A stretch of DNA of 64,000 nucleotides from assembly GCA_024137785.1 (NCBI GenBank), contig JAHRHZ010000058.1, forward strand, positions 18,590,215 through 18,654,214. The letters run 5' to 3'. A program made the translations under genes and the position numbers. The notes under the pieces were generated by a model. The model saw only the letters and a list, made by a program, of their open reading frames with translations, made no database searches and was not told the DNA's origin. Position 1 is the first letter of the stretch. Every line of letters starts with the position of its first letter. Shown here one piece after another: positions 48,490 to 61,469 of the stretch. This stretch comes from Ginglymostoma cirratum (Eukaryota).

Positions 48490-51482
48490 TGTTTAGTGTA
48501 ATAAAGTTTGTGATTCTCATTTGTAAAATAAACTTTTATGTTTTTTTGTTAAAAGTACATTGATAGCCTCATGTAAATATGTTCAGTGACTGACTTCCAT
48601 TGTAAATGAAAAGTAAAACTTATGGTCTATCATGTTGGCTCCTCTCTGGGACCAGCCTAGTGTTGCCATCAACTATGCTGCCAGCAGTACTGTCAGTAGG
48701 GGTGCCTTCCTCATTTAGACAACAGACCTAGTGGCAGCCACTGGTTAAAATACCATGCCAAGCTCCCACTGTCTGCAGACAGCTGATAGGGGAACCTGAT
48801 AAGAGTGGAACTTTGAATGGACTTTACTTAGTTCATCTAGTGCCATTTTGAGGCTAATAGTAAGTTCAAAGATTTTCTAAGTGCAAGCAGCTGCAGTGTG
48901 GATAGAATCGTTGTCATTGAAGTAGTGCAGGGGATAGTAAGCATTTATTACTGACACTGTACTCATTTCATTGTTAGATTGAAGCCCAAAATCAGGCTAT
49001 GATTGTTGAAGACATCCATTCAAGCAAACCAATAGCTGAAATTTCTTTAATGTTGTTGATTCTGAGCCTTTCTCTGTTAAAGCAGGTTCCTAGAACTCAC
49101 ACTTGTGTCAGTCAGAAATATTGCTATCTGTCCCATATCTAAGATGACAGATTTCTATTGAATGATTACTTTCAGTGAGCAATCAATCATATCCAAATTC
49201 ATTTCTATGCTCTAAATTAATATTCACATATGTTTATTATCCGCATATTTTATGCTCCTGTGCCAAACCATAATCATGCAGTCCTATCCACATCTGCTAT
49301 TCCTTCATCCATCTGCCTAGTCACCAAAGCAGCTGGCTGAACTAGTTACTTCCACAATGCCAGAATCTAAGACAAATTGAATGAAACTAGCAGGAAACTT
49401 GAACAAATTCCTGTTTGATGAATATTCACACTCTTTATATATTTATTATTTTAATAATAATAATGAGGGAGGACCAATTGTCCTCCCTCATTTCAAATAT
49501 CACGTTGCGTCCAAATGGTGGTGTCCTCACTTTGGAGTTAGAAAAGTACAGGTTTGCGTTTCACAACAAAATTCAACTTCGTGATTTAGGTTAACATGCC
49601 AGTGCAGTAGGGAGCAGCATTGTTAAGAGTTATTATCACTCAAATGGGACTTTAAATAAATTGGCAACTATAAGTTTAGGTTGACATTGTAGGTTACAGG
49701 CTCGATTCAAAGGACTCAATGTTTAGATCAACAATCCTCCTTGAACAAATAATATATAATTAACGGAACATCCGCAGATGCTGTAAATCAGAAATAAAAA
49801 CAGAAATTGCTGGAAAAGCTCAGCAGGTGTGGCAGCATCTGTGGAGAGAAATCAGAGTTAACGTTTTGGGTCTGGTTACCCTTCCTCAGAACAGAGGAAC
49901 TCTTCCTGCAATTTCTGTTTCTGTTTCTGATTTACAGCATCAGCAGTTCTTTTGGTTTTATTTTGCAGGGACGTACTGGGTTAGGTTCCAAGGCAGGGTG
50001 GTCAGGTTGCGTGTACTAAGTTGGATGTCAGTTTATTAGTTACCCAGGAGTTAGACTAGGACTTTAATTGTTGTCCGTTTCCTGGGTAACTAGTAAGAGC
50101 ACTGGAAACCTCATAGTTCCCTGATTTAAATGGATACTTTCAGAGGATTCCAGGCACAGGGGAATTGCACATTGGAATCTTTGATTTCCCAGTTAATTCC
50201 TTTGGAGTCTGCTTTATCAGGGACTCTCTATGGTCCAAACATAGAAATCTCATCTCTGCTGCTGAAGCAACAGCAATTGGAAAATCAGAGCCATTGTCAT
50301 TTGGAAATGGGTTCTGACTTAGAACCATGGCTTTAGGTTTGCTCTGAATTTCTATTTTGTAAATTAAGATAATGCTATTATCGGACTTTTTAATGGACCT
50401 CTTTAATGTTAATGTTGATCTCTCTCTGCACCTTTTCAGCAACTGTAACATTGCATCCTGCATTCTGTTCTGTTACCCTGATGGACATGTACAGTACTAT
50501 CTGCCTGTAAAGCATGTAAGATAACATTTTCACCATACATCAGTACATGTGACAGTAATAAATCAAATCAAGAGGGGAGACATCGTCTTGGTTCCACTTT
50601 TGTGTTTATTTAGTGACCAGTGTTGTCTGGAAACTTGTTTACATGCATTAAATGATGCTTTAAAAACTCTTGAGGTGAATATTTCATTGAAAACAAAATT
50701 TGGTGGTTGCCTAGCAACAAAGTGGCCTACAGCACAGGGATGTAGAGGGAGAAACAAGTTTCCTTTCAGAAAGAGAAACAGAATAATCCAGAAGATCAGG
50801 GACAGTCTAGGTTTCTTTCTGGGTAGCAGGTCATGCAGAGAGGAAATGTCCGTAAGATCAGCAGTGCAGTTTCGCAGTCCCCAAACCTGTAAGGGCAGAA
50901 GAAAATAAATCCCAAGTGGCTTAAAAGTTAGTATGAGAAAAGCTCCAGAAACAGAAGGCTTCTGAGTGTAAAAGCTCCTGCAAGAATGAAAAATGCATGA
51001 GTTTAAGAAACACGTGTTAGGGAGTAAGTGAGGTGCATTAGCAATTTGTTTCAGGGTCTCATGAGGAGACATTAATTAAATAACACAGCATTAAGTGAAT
51101 GCAGAAGTTTGTTGGAAAGGCTAGAAAGAAACCAGGTACAGCTGCGCCGATCAAATTTAAATTTAAAATGGAAACAAGGTCATCCGTCACTGTTATTTTA
51201 GTATCTGTGAAGTTGGTCTTGAGGGAAGAAGGATTGAATCTTTATTTCTGACGCATGTAATAAGACCATTGCAAATAACTCTTATATAGTAAAACAGTTT
51301 TCTTTTCTTCCTTTAGTGTAATAAGTTTTGATATTCTTTTGTTAAAAGTACATTGACAGCATCATGTGAATATATTCAGTAACTGACTATGGTATAAAAA
51401 AAACTTGCAAAATAAATTTAAAACATACAGTCTGTCAAGATTGTGATCTTGTGCAGTATTACCATCAGCTGCAATCATGGCA
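48490..51482 (+). repeat. Two related LTR-like 3' segments (about 48490-48680 and 51310-51482)
   Basis: Shared ttagtgtaataa...ttttgttaaaagtacattga(t/c)agc(c/a)tcatgt(a/g)aatat(g/a)ttcagt(g/a)actgact. No gag/pol between them; probably decayed solo LTRs. Confidence 0.45.
49768..49950. mobile_element. Penelope-derived repeat with hammerhead relic and inverted partial copy
   Basis: Minus core CTGAGGA-aGGGT-aaccag-ACCC-AAAAC-GTTAAC (49856-49889, single G>A in GAAA). Arms 49774-49815 and 49903-49944. Confidence 0.75.
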
Positions 51483-52603
51483 GCTTACATAAGGAACAGT
51501 TCCTAGCCATGATTCAGCTGGTACTTATTGATTAAAATGGATAGAATTTTCAGTTTTATTGTAACATATGTACATCCACTCCACATACATTAGTAATGTG
51601 TTACCAACGAATACAAGACAACATAATAGGCTACTTGAGGTTAAAGAAATAGTTGTCCACATTACATATCTGAATAATGTGATATTTCTTATCTTCCATT
51701 TTACTTCTTTCAGTACTACTTGCCACTGTCCTCTTTAAATATATTTGTTAAAAGATTTTGTGTAAGTGATATATGATAACTCTTAGCCTGGAATGATTAA
51801 CGCTATTTTGTTTCAGGAGCAATTCTATTTCAGCACGTAATGTAGCTTCAGTTATCTCTCAATGAAACATACTCTTATTATAGCAATCAGTTTAAAGGTC
51901 TAAAATGTGATAAAAATAAATCAATGTTCATAGCCAAGCACTTTGTACCAAGGTCTTTCTATTTTAAAATCATGTTGACTGGGTTTCCACATCTTAGGAG
52001 ACATGATTGCTGAGAAGAAGTGAGAAAGGGCAAATCCATGAGAGAAATCCCTTTATAACACTGTTTGTGGGCCGGGAGAAGGAGCAGTGTGCTCTCCAGC
52101 CTGACAAACTAGTCAGAATATCCATACTATCGTCTGTAAGCAAGGAATTTGCCAATCAGATCCTCTTGATCACTAACTGCTTCCTTGATTCCGTGGATTT
52201 ATTGAACCCTTCAACAATCTGGAACTCCTGTGATTGGAAGATTTTTTCATTGTACTTAATTTTCCTCAACAATCTGAGCTTTCACTAGACCTTTCCGATC
52301 TCCTTAACTACAACCTTGTGGAAAAAGTCTCGCGCCAGCCAGATTCTTCAATCAGCCAGAAGAAAAATCTTTAAAGGATGCAAGTTTGCTGGTACCATCT
52401 TGGTAAACCCCATCCCATTTTCTACATGGAACTCACTTTCAGGTTCAAATTAGGCCACCATTCTCAATTCAATCTTTATCCCGTTAGCTAATAACAACCA
52501 TTAGGCCCAATTCCCATGCTTTAATCATTCACTTTTCACGTCAGAATGCCAAATAACATTATTTGGTAATGACCAATAGAGTCACTATTTTACAGCAAGT
52601 AAT

Positions 52604-52609
52604 TTTATT
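52604..52609 (-). promoter_or_regulatory. Candidate distal NMNAT2 polyadenylation signal
   Basis: tttatt (AATAAA on minus) at the end of a repeat-free tract after the stop. Alternatives at 56301 and 51555. Confidence 0.4.
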
Positions 52610-55600
52610 AGCAATTTTTAAGAAATAATTTGAAAGTTTATGGTACACAAAACAGAATATTTGATTCTTGACTATTAAATCATTACATCATTTTAAATAC
52701 CAATAGTTTTAAACCTGCTAAAGCCAGTGAGAAATTTCATTTGAACACTAAAGATAATACACTGTAATAGGAACGTTTGAAAATTAATTATATGTTAAAA
52801 AAGTAAAGTTACAGATAAGGGGTCACTTAATGGCTAGTGCATATCTTCTCACTAAGACATCGAGATGGCAATTTGCAAATGACCTGATAGGTCACCAGAT
52901 TGAAGCAATGGACTTGCTGTAGAATGGGCTGATATCCCGAGGAGATCAAGGTTGTGGTTTGTGGTTGGATTGGGCTCTCCATCAGAAGAGTAGAAAAGAA
53001 AATACCATTCATTGTAATAACCAGCTGTTTTAATTCAATTATAGTTCACAATTCCAGTGCACAGCACTCTCAGTCATGCAATATAAATGCCATTTCAGCT
53101 TTTTTTGTCAAGTTTTTTGGACAAAGATAATTATTTTGTTCCCCGCCCAACAATTTCAATTATATGTCCTTCATAAAAGTTGCCACATTATTAGACTACC
53201 TACTAAAGACTTAAACAAGGTTCAAGAGAATAAACTTCATTCTAAAATGGCCTGTGGGATGATGCACTTGTGTATCCATAACATGACGGGAGCAGTAGTG
53301 AAACTCCTACTGCAAATTGTTAAATGGAAATTGTCAAATTGGGAGCCAAGTTTCAGTATCTTTGAAACACAGCACAGCAATACAGCCTATTCTGATATTG
53401 CAACATACTGCAGTAAAGTTTTGGATAAAGAATGTGATTCATCCTATCTTAGTTCAAAAGAAAACAATATGGGCTGTCTCACTCAGAGCTCTTTTTACCA
53501 ATGACCTCCTTTCAAAATGTGTTCAATTCAGCATTTTTGAAACATTCAAAAGATGACCATCAATAACTGTAGTAACATATCCTAATGTTTTCTGCCTTTT
53601 ACTTGTAGCACACATTGCACAAAGGTGACAGGCAAGCGATAATAGTACGTAACTATTGTGCTCACACACGTGCCATCCAGAATCAAACCCAAAGAAATGG
53701 TTAGCTTTTAGTCAATGTGTACTATATTACACACACTTTCAATGTAGGAGTGACACTAGCACACCTGTACCAGGGAAGTTTCATTGAATAATCTATTGGA
53801 TGCTCATTTTCTCAGTAATTTACACCTACATACGCTTTAACCACATCAATACATTGCGGGGAATATCACAAATGTCAGTTGCACAATCGAAAATGTTTAA
53901 ACTTCTAATTCAGATGTGATTTTTATTCTAGCTTTAAAAAAATGATAATAAATGCATACACTGACCATTGAATGACCACTAGAGCTCTGGGTTGGAGGTG
54001 CAAGAGGATTTCTCTCATGAGTTGCTACTGCAATTTTGAATCGGTTAGTTAAAATGTGGAAGTGCCTTGATCAATTTCTGAGAACGTGTTTGGCTGTGTG
54101 CTGTAGGCAAACAAAGATTAATCACAGGCCAGGATGTTGCAGCAGCTTATCTGATTTGTGGCTTCATCATCTGACTAAACTAACTTCATTGTGCATCATT
54201 TCCTAATGGAACAAATTTTGCAGCCCACAGCAGCATTGGTTAACAACACTGATCACTTACTTCAGTTCACGAAGAATTTTAACTTCCTGATTAGAATCTC
54301 AGGCTTATATAAAAAAAAGCAATTATAAAAACTGGAGTTTGCTTTCTGACACAGTACAAGTTAGAAACAGAAACAAATTTCAAGCAATTGGGAAGGAACT
54401 ATGAGAGATGAGGATATGGTACTTAGATTTTGGACTTGTGTTAGAAAGAAAGACACAGCCCAAGAACGACAATGGTTCAATAAACTAACATAAATTTCAC
54501 TGGGATTACTGGAAATGCAGGATTTCAAGTTTAGATATTAGAGTTTGTTTCTTAAAGTAAATATGCAACTCATGATATGCATCTCAGCCAGTTGGGCTGC
54601 AACAGATAGACCATGTTGTCATACAAGTTATTTTCATAAAAATAGCAACTAGCTGGAGAACCCGGAAAGCATGCACTTAGATCATTTACAGCTCTGAAAC
54701 TGACAACACACCTCACTTCTAATTTTTACTATTCTTGGATGACAATAAAATGAAAACACCGGGAAAGTGATATAGAATTTTTCATGACATCTGCCTAGTA
54801 TCTGTGCGTAGACACAAGCGTGCAACATTACAGATTAAACTACTAGTGGCTGGACACTGGACAACAATGAACAGAGATCAGTCACATATGGTACATTAAG
54901 GGATATGTCTGACAGCTCTGTGCAATCTTAACAGAAACAGCAGGTATTTTTGACAGGAATCTTCGCCAATTGCAAATAAACAAAGCAATACGGAAATGAG
55001 TGAATGGAAGAGGGCCAGTGAAACCAAATTAGTTGACATGGAGCTTTGTCATCTGATTGGATCTGAAGAATTTAATAGTCAGAATTTTTGTAAAAAATCA
55101 ATTGTTTAAAGATACTTTCTCTTCTGTTAGGTCGAGATATTGCTGAGGTAAAACAATGATACTTGCCACAATCAGGATTAGCTTTGTTTCCAACATGAAG
55201 TCTAATTAAGTTGGAGAGAACTATAGTATTCATTTGATGTTCTGCTTTTTGGCTGTGGGGTCCTATAGGCATACATCTGGCTGCTTTGAAGCTATGCGTG
55301 ATAGGTGGTTATAGAAGTGGACCACTGAGGGGAGAGGAACTAACCCTTCAGACTGAGCTGGAGAGCAGTTTGACAAGAGACCACATATCCTTCTTCCCTT
55401 TGTATTTTGTTTCTTTTGGTAAAGTGTTGTAAGGATCAATCATCAGTCTTCCAAGATAGACCTACTCTAAGTGAAAATGAGGCTGAGCCAATATTCAAAA
55501 ATTTAACAGTCAAATGAAATCAATTCAATATTATTCAGACTAAGGATAATTAAAACATTTCCTGAAGTTACAGAGCATAAGCATGAAAAAGAAAAACAAA

Positions 55601-57016
55601 ATTGCTTTTGGATATCCTCTGTGAGGAAGTTTATAGGACTTTGAGAACAATGTTAACAGACAAATACGTGTTCTCAGGTTGTACAGAATAGTGACAACAT
55701 ATCGACTAAGCCAGCAATTGAAAATAAGAATCTTTTATAAAATTAGTCAGTGTGGTCTATAAAAATGGATGAAAGTCAAATCCTGGGAGCAAAATGGGAC
55801 TCTCAATGTAACTGAAGTATTATAAGAAAACATTACACCAATTTGAATTATTTAGTCATCAGAGATGGAAGAAGTTTGAAGCTGAGTTCCAATAATCTTA
55901 AAATGAAGCCAATACTATCAAGGAATATCATCTTCTATAAAGGAATTAGGCTTCTCCACTTCAACACTTGACTATTGATGATCAATCATTTGCTATCAAT
56001 TAAATTGGCAGATTGCTTACATGAGTATCATGCTGTTCTCTACATTTCTTGAAGGCTTTGTGGATACAATAACAACATGTTTACTTAAACAATTTTGCTC
56101 AATGATGCCGTATATTACACTAGAGAACAAAGTCTGATTTATGCACACAATTTGATCATTCTATTGTGCTTTTTACTGCTGCATAGAAATAACTTGTCAC
56201 AGTGTGATTGTAAACAGACTGTTTGATGCTGAATTCCATTCTGATTCTATTTCAAGCTGTTTTGTGAAACTGCTGATGAATCCCAAGCAATAAAAGTTGC
56301 TTTATTTATAAATATTGAAGTTCTACTCATTTTTCCTTTTATTTCAGTAAGCTACTGTGATGTAATTGGAGGAAAGATGACCAAATGTGATGGTCCATCT
56401 CCAAACAGAACTTTCATGCAAATTTATTTTTCCCAGCTATATCAAGACATTGATGACTACTTTAGACGCTATGCATTTTGTGAAATGTCAAGAATACCTG
56501 CAATATCATCAAATTCTTACTTTGTTCCTGTAGAGAAACAGTTGACTTTTTGAGCTTGTCACATTATTAAACACAGAGGCTTTGAAGCAATTCTTTGAAC
56601 TAAGCATGCTACTAACTGCAAATTCTGAATCACTCACCCAGAAAGGGTAAGTGACCTGGTTGTATCAAAGTTGCAAGCAGCACAGAGAGATTAGGAATTT
56701 CCTATGAAGAAACGTACATGATTCTATCCCTAATAAAAAAAATTGGAAATAGTTATACTGACTCTTGGTATTCTGCCATAATAGGAAGGTCAGCATAAGT
56801 GTCAGTTAGAGGGCAGCACAGAGAAAGAGACACAAGTGGACAGCAAAAAGTTCTGTGCAGTTCATACAGTGCATTCTGTCAGTAGAGCTTCTACTCTTAT
56901 CATACAGTGGGAATAGCAGACAATAGAAGCTCTGTATATATAAGCAGTACAGCAGTAGTACAGTTTTACTGAGAGGGAAACTGTAAGCTGTTCTTTCTGG
57001 TCCTTACTGGAGAGTT

Positions 57017-57119
57017 TTATCCAGACGTCTTGATGTAGAGCTGATTTTGCAGGATGTAATCAATAACGGGCTGATTCAAATATTCCACCACGTGGCCATC
57101 ACCATGCTGTAAAGCCAAC
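57017..57119 (-). CDS. NMNAT2: NMNAT2 terminal coding exon
   Basis: ttgacag|G TTG...GGA TAA, 103 nt. [33 protein letters not shown]. Confidence 0.96.
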
Positions 57120-58782
57120 CTGTCAAGATGCAAAGTGAAATGTTTGATCTTCATACACCAGTGCAGCAAAATTATTTTGTTGTTTAATCTGTTCACCTAC
57201 TTGAAATTTCTTTGCTGTCTTTCATGAATCTGGAAGTAGGAATAAAATGGAATGGAGACCAAATCCCCCTCAGCTATTTATTTGCTTTCTTTTCCGTTGT
57301 AAGGATGTGACCTCCAGACAGTCAGAAGTGATTGAACTATAAATTCATATTATCCTAAAATCCACCACTAATACTGTACTGTGATGTGCAGAAAGATATT
57401 GTCTCTGTCTTCCCAAACTCCTTTCCAACCAGAAGCAAAAGGCTTTATGATTTCCCCCATATTTGGATACTAGATAGATTGCAACTGAAGACTACTTTGT
57501 GTGACCACTCTGTACTTCCAGGTTCAGTTGTGTTAGGAAGTATCTAGTTCACCTATAAACAGTTGGAGTGGGGGAAGCTATCCACTGCTGGCCTAAGAAG
57601 AATAGGTCCTTTATTCATCCATGGGATGAGGGCATCACTGGCTAGGCAGAATTTATTGCCCATCCCTAATTGCCCAGAGAGCAGTTAAAAGTCAACCATG
57701 GCTATGTACAATGTCTGGGGAGTGGAACAGGGTGGGAGGGAGTTGGTGGTGCTTGAGGATGTAGTGCAAAAGCAGAATGTTGTTGGAAATGTACTTAACT
57801 CTTTGTGGTCTATATTTTGTTTTGCCTGTTTTAGAGTTTCAAATCCAAAACGAGCTTTAACCAGGACCTGGGGCCATTTACTTGACTATGACACTAAATC
57901 CCACTGATAAATAAATAAGTGCCAGATTATGCAATTTGGCCTCTTCTACATGGACATTAACTAATAATCAGACTTCAATCCTGAGGTTATGTTACAGCCT
58001 CAATAGAATATAATTTTATTATGTTCCCCTCAGAGGAGAGCATGGGCAGGTTATGTGGTTTTTCTTGTGACTGTAAAATAAGTGATAATGATTTGGTAAT
58101 CCCTTTCATACCTTTCCATTAAGGCCAGAAAAGTCAAAATATGTCCTCATCACCTGAAAGATTCTGCCAATGGTGGAGTTAAATTTAAAACCCTTTCAGT
58201 ATAATGTGTTCACAATAGATGCAATACAGTGGATCCCGCTTCTTTGAAATTCACCAATAAACGTACAGCTAATCTGAGCCTGCTGTGCACTATAAAAATG
58301 ATTATCCAGGTAAATAGAGAGTTATTTATTAACTTACTTTATGAAACATAGATTTTTTGATCCTGGACTGCATCATTTGGCAATGGTGGTGCAGTGTGGT
58401 GGAACTCTGATGCAATGTGAATGAGAGGGCGCAATGCCAGCTCGTACCCACAGCTCTCGCACTCCAGAATGCGGATTTCAGTTCTATATTCACTGCCATG
58501 TGGTTTGCATGGAGTATTTCACTTTATCTTAATCTATCCCTCTCCCAGGATTCATACATGCACAGCAGTTGTCATTGGATAACAATAAAGATTAGAGTGT
58601 GTGGATCACTTCTCCCCTCCTTAACCCAGAGACACCAAGACCAATTACAGTGTTCCTGGAATAAACACAAGCTAATACATACTGGACTGAGAATTATTAG
58701 TTTGTACAGATCAGCAAGCTTGGTGCATTTTTTTCAAATAAAAATTAGTCAGTCACTATCTAGATGTAAGAAGGTTACATAC

Positions 58783-58850
58783 CTACTCTTGGTAGAACTC
58801 ACAACAGACATGGGGTGATTAGTGTCATCCTTTACAGCAAGGATGTTATC
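58783..58850 (-). CDS. NMNAT2: NMNAT2 exon
   Basis: gaacag|GAT...AG|gtatgt, 68 nt. [22 protein letters not shown](R), containing the SST-x-x-R nucleotidyltransferase motif. Confidence 0.96.
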
Positions 58851-60059
58851 CTGTTCAAGGAAAAGAAATGAATTATGATATATAGATATACGCTCAAATC
58901 AAGTACAGATCAATTTCTAACCTAAGAAACTGCCCAAGAAATGATGAGTTTGTTGTTATTGCTCTAGCTGTGACAGCACAAAGAGGTTGTTTCTTATATC
59001 AGTGTTAAAGCATCTGCACTTGAAATTCCAGGCCCTGGATTTGAATCCATCCTGCAATCCCTACTCACATATCTAAAGAGTTAATGTGAAGTTTCATTCT
59101 CAGGTCAATTCCAATCAAAGACAACGCAATAGAACAAAGCTTTATATAAGTTGGCTAAAGAGAGAAAGAGGGGAATAATAGCTGATCAGAGAAAGGAAAT
59201 GTTCACACATGGTCTTGTGGTAGATGCTCTGGGTTATAGCACATGATTCAGACAAAGTAGAGGAAGTCCAACATGTAGAATACATTTAACCCTTACCTAT
59301 AGGATCAACAGGAAGAGGAGCAAATCAAATCAGAGCTTTGGAACCTTCCACACTATCTGTGTCCTGCTGTTAAAGGGTCTGCATTATCTAACAAAATTTA
59401 ACGTGTATAATGAAATGTTAGATCCAGATTGAACATGATTTCTCTATTGGGTATATGTTTTGAATAAAAATGTTCAAACTTCGCACGGCTGTACTAATTT
59501 AAATTAGGTTACAGGATCCACCGTATTGTATCTATTGCTCTCCTTCGGAAACTACAGAGGTAGTTTCAAACATTCTTGAAGTCGCATGAATAATAAAGAA
59601 GGTGTTACATTTGGGGCTGTGGAGCAGAGTAGCAAAGGAAGGAGCCTCAGAAATTCTGCTCTGTCAGGCATTGCCAGCTGGTAGCAGTTCACGTATTTAG
59701 TTGGATCGTTTTTATTCCATTAAACAAGCATTTATAGCTTTTGGGCACCAAGATGAAAATATTAACTTTTTTTCCCCAAAGTTACACATTATTCATAAAA
59801 TTTGTAAAGCAAGTACATTCCAAATACAGAATTTAACTTGTCTCTATGAATGTGTCTCACTCAATAAAATTGTCACAGTCTTAATATTTTCAATATAAAT
59901 TCCATACAACCCAAGGGCAAAACATTCAATTTGGCAATTAATGAAAGTGAAATAGAAATAAACTTACTCTTATATACCATGTTTCACACTGAGGTGCCTC
60001 AATACAACGTTAACAATCCTGATCTGCACACTGTACATTCTTGGTAGGTACACTACCCA

Positions 60060-60960
60060 AAGGGTTTTACAGTTACTAGCCCCTTGGTGTGGTGTGCCTG
60101 AAAGACCTCAGACAGTAACTTTTCCCCATTGTGCCTCTGTGGCAGTTGCCCCAAGCTTCGTGTGTCTCCGTGAACCATGTCCCCAGCACTTGCAGGTGAT
60201 CTGGTGAAGGGGCAAAGAATCTATTGTCCCAGCTCCCAAAGGACATGGCCTTGCTTTTGCCTCAGTTTACCAGGGATCCCAAGGCCTGCTCAAGCAGGTT
60301 GTGGATGCTAGTCAGTCTGTGCACTGACAGCAGGTCTGAGCATGATGGCATCCATGCACAGAAAGCTTTCAACTGCGTGCCTCCACACCTGGGATTGTTG
60401 CAATCTTATACCAGCATCCATCCTGACAGATTCGGCAAAGGATTCTATATAACATACAAATAGGACGGGGGAGAAAAAGCACGCCTGCCTGAGTCCAAAT
60501 TGGATTGAAAAGCTTTCTGATTCCAATCCTTTGAATGAAACCACGCTAATGACATTTGCGATGGACAATTGGATAAAATTGTGATTCCCTGCTGAAATCC
60601 TATTTTGGAGAGGACACCATGTAAGTGTGGAATATTCTGTCAAATGCCTCCCCCTGGTCCAGGCTGAGAGGGCTGGTGTCCACCCACTGTTGATCACAGG
60701 CAATCATATCCCTGTCTGAGATCTTCCTGTCGAGTACAATATATGTTTCTTCAGGGCGAATGACCAAATTCAGAGCATACTTGACACAAATGGCAATGAC
60801 CAGGGACACAGTTTTGTAGTTCACATTCAGTCAATTTCTAATTGCCTTCCCTTTTCCCCCTCTGCTTGTAAATGAGGGTGATGCCTTTCCTCAGCATTCG
60901 GACATACCGCCCAGAAGTGTACGTCTTACACTTCTTCAGCAATCCTGGCCAATCAAATCC
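60060..60960 (-). mobile_element. Tx1/L1-clade LINE RT fragment in an NMNAT2 intron
   Basis: NYKTVSLVIAICVKYALNLVIRPEET, LSLDQGEAFDRIFHTYM, GLRQACFFSPVLFVCYIESFAE are decayed L1/Tx1 RT motifs. Confidence 0.8.
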
Positions 60961-61367
60961 AACAGAGATGAAGAGATCTCACCTCTCAGGTATAATGGTC
61001 AAATTGACACAATAACTGACCCTATTAGAAATTATCCTTAGTTGCACCGTGCTATGATAGTGATTAGGGTAATAAAAATAAGAACCCTTCCGATGTAACA
61101 AACGCTGTGTTTCTCAATAAAAACAAATAGGACCTACTCCACTATGTTTCAGACTCACTGAGGGAGTTGGCCTTAGTTATTGTCATTTCATTCAGTCAGA
61201 TCAAAAGTTAAGTTTTTCTGATCTCTGATTATTGAATGTTGTTAATGAAACAATATGTCATACTACACACTAGATCACTTCATAGTGAAATATTTTTACA
61301 AAAGCGTTCAGAAAGTTGATAAATATTGGTGAAAACCTTCTCATTACATAACATGCTGAGGACTGAC

Positions 61368-61469
61368 CTTGTACTTGCGAAGCAATGATGACTGATTCAA
61401 AATCCTGTCTGTGTCTACGTTGTCACGAGGGACAACCACTATTCCAAAATCACCCACTATCATTTCCAT
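61368..61469 (-). CDS. NMNAT2: NMNAT2 exon
   Basis: ttttccag|ATG...AAG|gtcagt, 102 nt. [34 protein letters not shown]. Confidence 0.96.

Noticed and set aside
48490-51482. Paired LTRs of an intact provirus
   Set aside because: The copies are too divergent and the interval holds unrelated repeats with no gag/pol remnants.
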